This document shows positions 13,688-35,524 of a stretch of DNA of 64,000 nucleotides, piece after piece (the first letter of the stretch is position 1; each line of letters begins with the position of its first letter). Origin of the DNA: Azolla caroliniana (Eukaryota > Plantae > Polypodiophyta); NCBI GenBank assembly GCA_043228905.1, contig JBHGNT010000007.1, positions 21,142,001 through 21,206,000 on the forward strand, read 5' to 3'. The notes beneath the pieces were generated by a model. It was not told where the DNA came from. It searched no databases and saw only the letters and a program-made list of their open reading frames with translations. Position numbers and translations under genes: made by a program.

Positions 13688-16226
13688 GGTGGGCAAATAG
13701 GGGAGACACTTGGGGCTCTTTACTATAGGGGCAAGTAGGGTGACTACAAGGGTTGGTTTGTAGTTGGTTAAATAAGTTAGTGAGACCTTAAGAGTAAGTT
13801 TGGTGCATATTTATATACGTCGAGAGTATTGCCACTTGTGTAAAAAGAATAGTAGAAATCCTTTGGAAAAGCATTTGCATAGAGTACGCTAGAATACATT
13901 GACTTATTCACATATATATAGGTATTTAATTTATATTCTATTATGTTCTTAGTTTATTCTTGTGATGTATTTTATATTTTGTAAGTATCTATGCATCTAG
14001 CCCTCATGCTCAATTTTGGTTTTTTTTGGATACTTTTGGGAGTAGTATGGATGGAGTCACCTCACATGTAGGAATCCTTTTACATTATAATTATGGAGTT
14101 GATGTGTTATGTACGTAACACAAGATTGTCACATGCTATTATTTGCTTGAATACAAAAAAAACATATTTGTTTGATTGCTTAAATATAGTGTTGTGTGGG
14201 TGAGTAGATAGCATTGGGAAAGGAGTGTATTGTCCTATATGGTTACAAATCATTGATTGTACAAAAGTAGAGATTTATGCAACATCTGCAGTGACCCCAT
14301 TGCCTCATTGTAAAATCACACCCTTGCATGTGGTGGTGCATCAAGTTTCAATCAATTGGCTAGAGAAGCCGACATTCTATGCTGAAAGGAAGGTAAGGAG
14401 CGGATTGAAGCCTTCAAAAAAGGGAATGCTATTAGTTACATGATGCAAAAGTGGAGACTAGAATAAGGCTTTCTCTAAGGTTGGGTTCACAATTGACTAA
14501 AAGGGAACCTTGGAGGAGAAATCATGTTTTCTTCTTAAATCTCCTCAAACTGCAGGTGTTACTTACAACAGCTACAATCATGGGTCGTAAAAAAGTGGCA
14601 ATGATACTTGAGGTTTCCCATGTTAAGGGCAACGAAGTGTCTTGCATACATGGCAAGAAAGGATTGGTCGTGAAATCTATTGTGACGCTCTGTCTAGCTA
14701 TTCACACAATTTATCATAACTTCTGAGCACAAATGTTTCTTGTCCGTTACTTCAAAACATATATTGTCATGGCTAGAATCCTTGTGTCCCATCTTTATCA
14801 ATATTCATTTTAATTTGAAACAACTTTTGTGCATATAAATTTATGAATCTCTAGTTATGCGAAGAGAACAACTCATATAAACTATCATTGGTTCAAACAA
14901 GAGAGAAAAACCGATGCACAATACCCCTTCAATTCTATGTTAAAAGTTAAGTAGTTATGATCCAAAGGAGAATGTTTACTTTTATCATACAAAAAGGAGG
15001 AATTAGATTGGTTACTGCTCATGCACGAAGATCAATAACAATTATTTGAACATGAAAACGAGTACAGTGAAATTGTGTATTTACAAATTTTCATGTTTTA
15101 CCATTAGAAGCTAAAAGATGGATGACAAAGCTTATGATTTTTCCACTCAAGGTCTTGTGGGCAAGCACCGCCAAAACGTTGGATTTATAGCAATTGCCTA
15201 CGAAAAGTTGTTCAACACCAAACAAATTTGGGGTCAAGAAAAAGCTTTTTTATCTCAAGTTTCTAGACCACATTCTGAAGGCCACAAGACAGCTAACGTA
15301 AAGTGAGAAAGGAGAACATTTAGTGCCACAAAAATGGGCGAACGAGTTCACTTTTGCAAAACACCCACTCACGTTCTTCCACGCCGCTTTTCCATGAACA
15401 AATCTCGCATTTCATCGAAACTTTCCTCCATTAGCTGTATTTTTCCTTTTACATTTGCTCAATTCTCTTCATCTCGTCTCGAAAATACACAGAATGTACC
15501 AAAAACAATTTCATTGCCTTACAAAGCACAATACTGCCTCATCAAGAAATATACCACCAAATATCATACAATTTAATTCACCAGAGGAGAGAATATAACA
15601 GCAAATGGTATTCCTCAACCCAATATCGTTAAACATGGAGTTTGCCTCATTTAGGGTGGTAATCCAATTCTAATTGACACCATTGCCAAGTGTTAGAACA
15701 ATTGCTGAATACAGTTGAGTATCAGAACAAAGAATGCTAATATATCCATACAAAGTTCATCATACCACGTACTCCAAATTTATGATGTTTTCTTCTAAAT
15801 TCAGACTCATCCAAAAGGAAAATATTGGCATTCTGTCAGATGGCATGCAACTAGCATATTTTCATGTAATTGAATTATGTAGCTCAGTTGAAAAAATCAT
15901 AAAGCCATATCATATAGACACTAGATTGGATTATATTAAACACAGATCAAGATGAAATTATGAAATAGTGTGGTATTATTGCTTGTGTACAAGCAAGATG
16001 TTCTACATAGACATTGTATGTTGCTATGTTGCATAGCTACCGTTGGTGTTAAAGATGTAGAGAGATGTATGGGGAGTAGAGATACTCTGGTTTCTATGCT
16101 CAATTGGGTGAATGGAATTTAAATCTCGTTTCAGAATTCGCAATTTGACATCCCAACCATTAAGATACACCCAACGAGAAGATTAGAAACAGTAGTGAAT
16201 ATGATATTATATAAATTATCATCAAA

Positions 16227-25725
<9,499 letters not shown>

Positions 25726-25743
25726 GGTGATGTGATGGAGCCT

Positions 25744-25750
<7 letters not shown>

Positions 25751-25798
<48 letters not shown>
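25751..25798. repeat. (CT)n/(GA)n microsatellite just upstream of the ELP3 start codon
   Basis: Uninterrupted CT dinucleotide run. Confidence 0.95.
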
Positions 25799-25803
<5 letters not shown>

Positions 25804-25923
25804 AAAGAAAAGGAAAAGGTTTTCGATTTTCTGCAGAAAGGGTTTTCAGTTTATGCTTGAGAAGGCAAAAGATAAAAGATGAACTTGATGAAGAATACAT
25901 ATTGGCAAATACCCCCCCCCCAC

Positions 25924-26057
25924 TTGTATATACGGTACCGTATAAATACCCTTTGGGTATTTGTAGAAAATTCTACTACTACCCTCGGCCTTGTATATAC
26001 GATACCGTATAAATACCCTTTGGGCATTTTTAGAAAATTCCAACACTACCCTCGGCC
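25924..26057. repeat. 67-bp tandem duplication in the ELP3 upstream region
   Basis: TTGTATATACG(G/A)TACCGTATAAATACCCTTTGGG...CTACCCTCGGCC at 25924 and 25991. Confidence 0.9.
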
Positions 26058-27199
26058 TCAAAAAGAAGTTAGCCAATACATCTGATCTCTTACTCACGAG
26101 CTTTGGTCACCCATTTGTAGGATCATTCTTTATAGTCTTGATTCATAAGGGGGTAATCATGTTATAGTATCATGAATAAGTGTATGAGGAGCTTGAGTGT
26201 CAATGCCAAGGCACTTGCTCAGAGGAAATGGGATTGAAACCCATGATACGAGAAGATTGTATGTTGATTTAGCAAACTAATCCATAGAGATAAGGGTAAT
26301 GCTCAAACGTTCGTGACATAAATAGTTAACACATGTAAATAATTTGGGATTCAAGTTGTTTCACATGATATTGCTTGTATATATTAAGCTCGTAATGGTA
26401 TCTCATGCAACTCAGCCTCAAACTTGAGAAACTTAGAGAGTACATGCTCATAGTTTGTAAATCTACAAAACAATAGGGACCCCAAAGCATTAACACGTTG
26501 TATAGAACTACGGCGGCATGGGAAGATGGCCAAATATTGGATTGTGACAAGGGCATCATAATGGCCTTTCTTTTATAGGTTAATGATAGCACATGACTTA
26601 TCAACGATAAGATGCGACAAATGATGCCTTACAAACAAACGCATGTATATACCAATACATGCAATGCCTCATACGAAACGACCCTCTTGATGTTGACTAT
26701 CATGTCACGTTTTTCTAATAAAAATGTAATTTGATAACTTTACTTGAAGAAATAAAATAATTGGGATGGAAGAAAGTATTATCACGTGAGCGTGAAGTAC
26801 CTAAGCTTAGAGCAAGGGGTGATTTAAGGACCCTAATATTGAGAGTTGAGAGATCTCATCCACAAAAAATAGGATATTACACTAGAGAGCAACTAACATA
26901 GTTCAACTCAATAAGGTGTGCATTGGGATTTGAGAATTAGAAGTCTTAGCCACTTAAGTTGACAACCTCAGATGACAATGCATGATTTATGTCCACTCCA
27001 AAGGAAGAAGAAAAGGTGTAATATTGTCTATAAAGAGGCCAATGTGGACTAAGTGACCGCAATAATATCCCACATGTGTGTGACTATAGCAATCTAGATC
27101 ATGTGAGCGGACATGACAATGTGCACTATATGAGCGAATGTAACAATCTATATTACATGAGTGAACATAACGATTTGCATCATGTGAGCTTTTGTAACA

Positions 27200-27736
27200 A
27201 CATATTCTTTCTAGTGGACAATTGGTTGCACAAGCATCAGTAGGTGATTCTTTTATGTTTTTACAAGCGTCAAAAGAAAATCTCTCAAAGGAGTATGTAA
27301 AATTGGGACCAACTTGCTTAACTTCAGGGTTGCATATAAATTGGAGGAAGTCTCCCCTTATTTCTTGTAGAAAGAATGATTTGGAATGTTTGGGATGGCA
27401 AGGTCAGTGATTACGTGAGGATCAATTTATTAGCATTTTGGGTATCCATTGGGTGTTGATGTTGCAAATGTTCAACTAATTAACAAGATTGATAATAAGT
27501 TGAGGGACAACTTTATGTATTGGAGGTCTCAATTATATGGGCCTTTCATGTATGACTCAAAGTAGTGCAATGTATCTTGATACCCATGTTATTATATTGT
27601 TTACCATTTACTTCCTTGGACTAAGAAGGCATTACAAATATGGTTGCAACCTCTTCAGTTCATATTGTGGCATAAGGGAGAAACAATATGAGTTACATGG
27701 ATTTCATGGGACCATTTGGCTACTTCCAAACGGTTA
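27200..27736 (+). mobile_element. L1-type LINE ORF2 remnant, left part (RT C-terminal region)
   Basis: QLVAQASVGDSFMFL (decayed FADD), SGLHINWRKS, LGYPLGV and WISWDHLATSKRL. The frame resumes as GGATILDL after the gypsy insertion. Confidence 0.75.
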
Positions 27737-27860
27737 TATTAGAGACATGTACTAAAGTAAGCATTAGATAAGAATAGATCTAGCTAGATAGAAAGAAAGG
27801 AGAGAAACAATATGAGTTACATGGATTTCATGGGACCATTTGGCTACTTCCAAACGGTTA

Positions 27861-28317
27861 TATTAGAGACATGTACTAAAGTAAGCATTAGATAAGAATA
27901 GATCTAGCTAGATAGAAAGAAAGGAGAGAGAGAAAGAAGGGTGCCGATCCACCCGACCACCCCCGAGCGAAGGGATCGAGACGGACTCGAGCCTCGATCG
28001 ACGTCCCATACCACCATTGTGGCGTCGAGTCGTACCTGGTGTTGGCGCGCTCGCTACAAGAGTTGACCCACCACAAGACAGAGTCTCGACGTAGTCAACA
28101 AGATAATGAAATGAGGGTAGCTAGGCCTCTATTTATAGCGATACCCAAGCCCCCCAACCATGTTCACACTTGGCCTAATGGGTTGTCTCAATCCTGAGGA
28201 TTTAAAAGTAATCCTCCCCTTCTTTACACTCTCGTTTAACCCTCACACTTATCCACGTGTATAGAAATACTACGGTAAATTCTCACCACGGGATATTATA
28301 TGGTCATGCCCGTAATA
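27861..28317 (-). repeat. 3' LTR of element A
   Basis: Matches the interrupted LTR at 34434-34831/41821-41878 and is adjacent to the polypurine tract. Confidence 0.93.
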
Positions 28318-28330
28318 TACTCCCCCTCTT

Positions 28331-31300
28331 TAAAACATTGCACTCTTGCAATGGAAAGTTAGGGAAGTTAGTTCTGAGAGTATTTTCGCGTTCCCATGTG
28401 GCATCTTTTATTGATTTATCCATCCATTTTATTTTAAATTCTCGGATTTCTTTAGTACGTAATTTTTTTGTTTTAACATTGAGAATTCTTTATGGTACAT
28501 GTGGTTTAGAAGATAATTCTTCAGAAATAACTAGAGTTTCAGTTGTAACTGTATTGTCGCCAGAACCTAGAAGTTCTTTTAGACGACTCACATGAAAGAC
28601 TGGATGAATTCCAACACCATGGGAAAGAGCGAGACGATAGGTTGATGACCCAATGCGTTTGAGGACTGTAAAAGGTCCACAAAACCATGGGGCTAACTTG
28701 GCGCACTTACCTGTAGACAATGTCTTAGAATTGTGAGGTACACGTAAAAATACCTTCTGTCTAGGGTTGAATACACGAGGTTGCCTATGATGATCGGCAT
28801 AAAAACGGGCTCTATCTTGAGTTGTTTTTATATTATCTCGTGCAATATGCAACATATCTTGCATATCTCGAAGAAAGTTTTGCGTACTTCGCAACTCATC
28901 ATGATGTATATTAACATCAATCGGGGCTCGTGGCTGAAAACCATACATCAACATAAAAGGACTATATCCCGTTGGCGTATGCTTGGAGCTGTTATAAGCA
29001 AACTCCAAAATTGGGAGATAACATTCCCATTTTGTTGGTTTTGCACCAACATATGCTCGAAGCATGTCCTCAATAATTTGATTTACTCGTTCTGTTTGTC
29101 CATAGGATTGAGGATGATCCATGGAGCTCATGCTCAACGTAGTTTCTAACTTCTTAAAGACTTGCGTCCAGAAGTCACTAGTAAATTTTGGATCTCGATC
29201 ACTCACGATATCCATCGGTAACCCATAAAAACGAAATAACTCGTCAACGAATTGGTAAGCCAATTCAAGAGCTGTTACCGTGGTTTTAGTAGCAATAAAT
29301 TTGGCCATTTTAGTTAGTCGATCAACCACAACCCAGATGGCATCATGGCCTTTTTGGGTGCGAGGAAGGCTAACAATAAAATCCATGGATATACTTTCCC
29401 ACTTATTATTGGGAATGTCCAAGGATGTAAAAGTCTTGCGGCTTTAAGTCGCTCGGCTTTGTTAACCTGACATTGGTGACATTTAGTCACATAGCTATGT
29501 ACGTCAGGATGCATCTTAGGACAATAAAATTGAGTGGATATGAGAACGAGTGTACGATGTATTCCAGGGTGCCCTGCTGAGGGTGCATCATGGCATTCAA
29601 AAAGAATCCTCTTTTTGACCTCGGGTAAATCTGGAACACAAACCTTCCCATTACAATAGAACTAACCGTTAGCAATGTGGAAGTATTCCTTCGAGGATGT
29701 GGTGGTGTATGTTCCAGACTCAACTCTTGCCCAATATTTTGCAAAATAACTGTCATCAGGATACTTTCCTCGAAGGTGATCATAAAGATCTGATGTTATT
29801 TCAGTGAAGCTAAGCATGTTAACTTCACGGATGCGACTTGGTGCATCAGCGACAGTATTCATGGAACCTTTACGATATCGTATGGAAAAATCAAAGTCCT
29901 GGATGAGATCAGCCCATCGTGCCTTACGACCTTTCAAGTCTTGTTGGTCACAAAAATATTTCAAGGACTCATGGTCCGTAGTTACCACAAAGCGATTTCC
30001 ATAAAGATAATGGCGCCATGTTTTGAGTGTATGTATAACTGCAAATAATTCCTTTTCTTGAACGGTATACCGACATTGAGTAGAATCAAGTTTCTTACTC
30101 TCAAATGTTATTGGTTTACCATCTTGATATAAGACAACACCTATAACATAATCGTTTGCATCGGTTTCAACCTCAAAAGGTTTTGAAGGATCGGGTAAAA
30201 GAAGTGAAGGAGCCTTGCATACCAGGTCCTTGAGTTCCTTAAAGGCGAGGTCTAGTGTAGCATTCCACACAATAGGTTTTGTAGACTTACGTGTTTGACC
30301 TTTTAGAAGATTAGTAAACGACGTCGTCAATTGGGAGTAATTACGAAGGGATTTTCGCAAAAACCCGACAAAACCAAGGAATGATCGAACTTCTCGAATG
30401 TTCTGAAGAGTGGGCCAAAGCTTGATTTTCTCGATGCAAGAAGGATCAATTTCAACTCCTCGCTTGGTTATGACATGTCCAAGGTAAGTAATTGATTTCT
30501 TGAAGAACTCACATTTTGAGATATTCGCATAAAACTGTTTGTCACGCAATGTTTGTAAAACAAAGCGGACATGTTTAGCATGTTCTTGTAATGTACGCCT
30601 GTAAACTAAAATATCATCCAAGAAAATAACGACAAATTTGCCAAGTTGTTCTCGGAAAATGTCATTCATTTCTTGTTGAAATGTAGCCGGAGCATTGGTC
30701 AAACCAAAAGGCATAACCAAAAACACATAATGGCCATAGTGCGTACGAAATGTCGTTTTAGGAACATCGTCCTCACTTATACGAATTTGATGGTAACCAG
30801 TACGGAGATCAAGTTTCGTAAAATATCGGGCTCCCTGGAGACGGTCAATTAGATCGTCAGCTCGGGGCAATGGATACGAATTCTTGATTGTCACTTTATT
30901 CAAGCGTCGGTAATTAATACACATACGCCATGTGCCCTCTTTCTTTTTAACCAAGAGAACTGGTGCACCCCATGGAGATTTACTATAACGTATATAACCC
31001 ATTCGTAAATAGTCCTTGAGTTGCTTAGCTACCTCATCCTCTTTAGATCGACTTAAGCGATAAGGAGGTACACTTATTGGTGCAACGCCAAGTACAATAT
31101 CTATACGATGGTCTATATTACGTTTAGGAGGTAAACCATTTGGTAGTTCACTCAGAAAAACATCACGAAAATCATTTAAGATTTCATCAAGTTGTTGTTG
31201 TTCAAAATATGTTAATTGAACCGAGACATTATCGATATTGTAAACGTGAATGTCCGGATCAAGTACACAATAAAACAGAGTAGAACGAGACAATTCGGAT

Positions 31301-32826
31301 ATTGATGGACACGAGGAAACAATCGAGAGGGATTGTTTTTTTACACATTGAATAAAATGAGTACAATCATTCAGTACAAATGTAATTGAATGATGAACCC
31401 AATCAATAGATAAAGAAGAGTTTTTATTATAAAACTAGGGATAACCCAATATTACATCGGAGGTACAAAGATTCATTACATGGAAGTTTACTTCCTCTAT
31501 ATAAGTGTCAATAGAAATTCCTAATGAATGAATCGCCCTGTTGATGTATTGTACTCTTCCATCAGCCAAGTGCACCGTGTAGGTGTGATCACTTACGGTG
31601 GGTTGGATTCCCCATATCTGAACCAAATGATCATTCACAAAGTTGTGTGAGCTTCCCCAATCAAATAAAAATTGTGTGGGAGATCCATTGATATACCCGT
31701 TTGCACGTAGTAAATCATTGGGACCCAATACATAGTGAGGGAAAGAACATTGACAATTACTTAAATGATGTGTATAGACCTGAAGGACATTAGGAATCTG
31801 ACCTTTATTGTCTGCAGCTTTAGCTTTGTTGTCGTGCTCTTTCCGTTGGAGCTTTCGACATTGCTCTTTTGTATGACCCTTCATTTTGCAGAATACGCAA
31901 AAAGGATGTTGTCGCTTACAATCGCGATCCATGAATTCGTTGGGTGTCTTGCGTTTCCCAGCGAAGTGCAACTACTTAGTCCCGGGCGCTTCGTTGGGTT
32001 TGTTGTGGTCCTTCTTCGAAGTACGTTGATAGTGAAGAACTATTTCAACGACCTCTTCGAAGGATTTTGGATCCTTATTGTGCACTATCCAGTGATAGTC
32101 CAAATTGGGGATGCCATTGATAAAATAAGCTATTAACCAGTTGTCCCCTTCTAGACCCGATTTTTGGAATTGGGTTCTAGCATGGTGGACATAGTCTTCT
32201 AGCGAGGAAAATTTCCGACTAGAGAGGTTCATTAAAGCTTGTGCTACCTCGGTTCGAGAGGGAGGTTGCAGAAATTGGCCCTTGAAAACTGTGACAAAAT
32301 TTGTCCAGGTATCGGGCAATTTCCCCAAAGTACGGAGCCCACGCCACCAGGCGGTGGCCTTACCCCCTAGTTCTCGGCCGACATATGCAATCTTCGTACT
32401 ATCTGGCGTGGGATAGACCTCAAAATGAGACTCCCATCGGCCCAGCCACGTGCAGATTGCTTCTTCGGTTCTTTCCTTTTTGTCTCCCGTAAATGGCTTA
32501 ACGACAAACGATGGTTCACCCTGTCGCTCATCAAGTCTATTAGTCTCACATTGTAGACTAATGACACGTGCCTCGAGAGCACTTTGAGATTGCCGAAGTT
32601 CGGTCCTTTGTTGAGCGGTGAAACTAAGGTATTGGGTTATTTGCGAAATATACATCTCAATGGACATTTGTCCAGGAGGATTCCCTTGAGATCCTTCCGC
32701 TTGAGCGGATGACATCGGGTCGCTATTTTGAGCCATTAAATGATTATTTCTGGAAAAGAAATAGGATAAGGTCAGAGAGATAGTCATAACATCATGTCGT
32801 GATGTAAACATATCATGGGCAAACAT
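28331..32826 (-). pseudogene. Element A gag-pol, interrupted by stops and frameshifts
   Basis: Gag (ELGGKATAWW...TWTNFVTVFKGQF), knuckle CVFCKMKGHTKEQC, protease FLFDWGSSHNF, RT ([18 protein letters not shown]), RNase H (VETDAND, TDHESL), integrase (SMDFIVSL, SDRDPKF, GQTERVN, FCGPF) and a chromodomain (RILNVKTKKLR...FKIKWM...DATWERE). Confidence 0.92.
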
Positions 32827-34831
32827 TAATCGATATCATGATCTCACGTCAATACCCCTCTAAATGTATGAGATGATGTTCAAGATGAGGTTACTATGGT
32901 AACACACAGGTGTTTTAAAAACCATGGGGGTGACAATTTATGTCTTTCCCTGATCTCTATATCGATTTTTTCATGGCGGCTCCCCGAGGCTCAACCATGT
33001 ATGTTCACGTCATGAATAGTTTATACACGAAAAAAATGTTAACAATAAACTATGTTTCGGTGCCCACATATGTGGTTTCAGCTCTTTAAATCCTATTACG
33101 AGGACCCCGAACTGCACTTAGACCTCAAGTCTAAACATGTGTTATAATCATATGCATCAATGATGTTGTATGGTCTTGGTCATATTTGAACTCGAGACCT
33201 CGAGAACAAATGCATTAAACATTTGAGCTAACCAAGTAAGTTGCTCTTCTTGAATGTTTAATGTTTCATGCGTATAAGAGATATGTGAGGCATTTGCCCA
33301 TATATGTTTTTTTTAAAAGAAACATATATGTCAAGAGTCCTTATTTCGCCCTCATTTACTACAACTATGTTGGTACATTACCTAACCTCAAGTCTCGTAA
33401 TTATGATGGCATACGCCAAAGTGCAACCTAATGGTCAAGCCAAATGAGCCCTCTTTTCGTAGTAGGCCCACGTGGCCCATCACATGGTCACGTCATTACG
33501 AATGCCTCTCGTAAGAATGATCTCATGGTGGCATCGTATCCATGTAATGAGGGAGGGATGTTGGATACGTGTGTCATAAGAGCGACCTCACATGAAGTGG
33601 GTCAAACCCTACGTACTCAACATCATTATGGCTATTGGCGTTTCTTTACGTAAAGAAATATCGAAGTCACCAACGGGGATTTCAACAATAAAAAATTGTT
33701 GAAAAAAGGGATGGTGACAACACGATTCTCACAAAAATGTGAGGACGGCCACCAAGAACCTTTCCCCGAAAAGGAAAACATTCGATTTAAAATCACGTAA
33801 TAACTTATATACACATATGTATATTATCACATATATATGATCAACTACGTATACACGTGACCACATATGCCTATATTAAAGAAATCGTTATATTTAATAG
33901 CCAAAAATGAAGTAATCGAGATACGTAATCGAGGCATATACCTCTATGCACACGAGACATCCAAAAATAAGGGTTCAACGTAATACACAATTGAGGTATT
34001 GACCTCTTACGCATACGAGACCAAACGCATATCATTTACAACAAAATCGAGGTGTTGACCTCATACGCAAACGTAACATATATTCGTGAACGTAATACGT
34101 AATTGAGGTATTAACCTCGTACGCATACGACACTCATCACATATTATTTATATGTCAAACGAGGTATTGACCTCGTGCACATATGTAAGCGTTTTAGATA
34201 ACCAATTAAATACCACTACAACATCTTTTAATTAATGAAAATAATCTACATATTAACCATACACATGATTAGATGAGAGAAGAAAAAAATAGACAAAAAA
34301 TAACAAGAAAGATTACCGAAGTTCCTTGTTGATCCTTGTCTGCATGAAGTCCAACCCTACAATGATCGATCGCCATCCATTGAGAAGATAAGACCAACAA
34401 AAGAAACATTAGTACATAGGCTCGGATACCAAATATTAGAGACATGTACTAAATTAAGCATTAGATAAGGATAGATCTAGGTAGATAGAAAGAAAGGAGA
34501 GAGAGAAAGAAGGGTGTCGATCCACCCGACCACCCCCGAGCGAAGGGATCGAGACAGACTCGAGCCTCGATCGGCGTCCCATACCACCGTCGTGGCGTCC
34601 AGTCGTACCTGGTGCTGGCGCACTCGCTACAAGAGTTGACCCATCACAAGACAGAGTCTCGACGTAGTCAACAAGATAATGAAATGAGGGTAGCTATGCC
34701 TCTATTTATAGCGATACCCAAAGCCCCCAGCCATGTTCACACTTGGCCAAATGGGTTGTCTCAATCCTGAGGATTTAAAAGTAATCCTCCCCTTCTTTAC
34801 ACACTCGTTTAACCCTCACACTTATCCACGT

Positions 34832-35451
34832 TGTGGAGGTATTCCTCGCGGATGCGTGGAATGAGGCGGGACCTCGGGGGTCTTGTACCGAAGAGCAAGA
34901 GAGAAATGAGAAGGGAAGGGACCCACTACGTGCGAGCGTAGATCCACAGGGACACGACCCTTCGACACAAAGATGCGAGCGGGGAGACCAACACAGAGAG
35001 GCACGAAGGTATGTATGTATATATTAACAGAGACAAACAACAAGAAGCACGAAGTCGGTTACAACCGAACAGGCCGGCGAACAGATGCCGATGCCTGTTT
35101 GCAAACACTCAGAAAGAAAAGGGGTAGGTTGGAGGTGCTGCCGGAAGCACTCGGGCATTCCTCAGAGCAGCGCGAGCCTCCCGAAAACCTGCACAGAAAG
35201 AAGCTACGGAGTATGGAAGAGAGAGAAGCCTTCGACCGACAGCACTTCGTCCTCTCTAACCGCGATCCGTTCCCCCCTCCTCGTCTCCCTCCTTTTATAG
35301 GCAAGGAAGGAGCCGTTTCGCATTAACTTCCTACCTACCGAATCTACCTACGTAGGATCTTCTATGTACAACATAAGGCGTACGTGCAAGAAGAGCCGGT
35401 TCCTACGCTCCGGCGCACCGATTCCGCTTGTGGACGGTTTTCTTCACGACA
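34832..35451 (-). repeat. 3' LTR of element B
   Basis: Near-identical to 41189-41816, with roughly a dozen substitutions and one 8-bp indel counted by eye. Confidence 0.95.
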
Positions 35452-35524
35452 TCCGCCCCCACCTAACCGCGCATCCACCGGCATGCGCCAAATTGAGTTG
35501 GGACGGAGAAAACCCGTCCAGCCT

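Noticed and set aside
33925-34190. CRISPR-like look of palindromic repeats with spacers
   Set aside because: Alternate spacers are homologous, the repeats are degenerate, there are no cas genes, and the array lies inside a eukaryotic LTR element.
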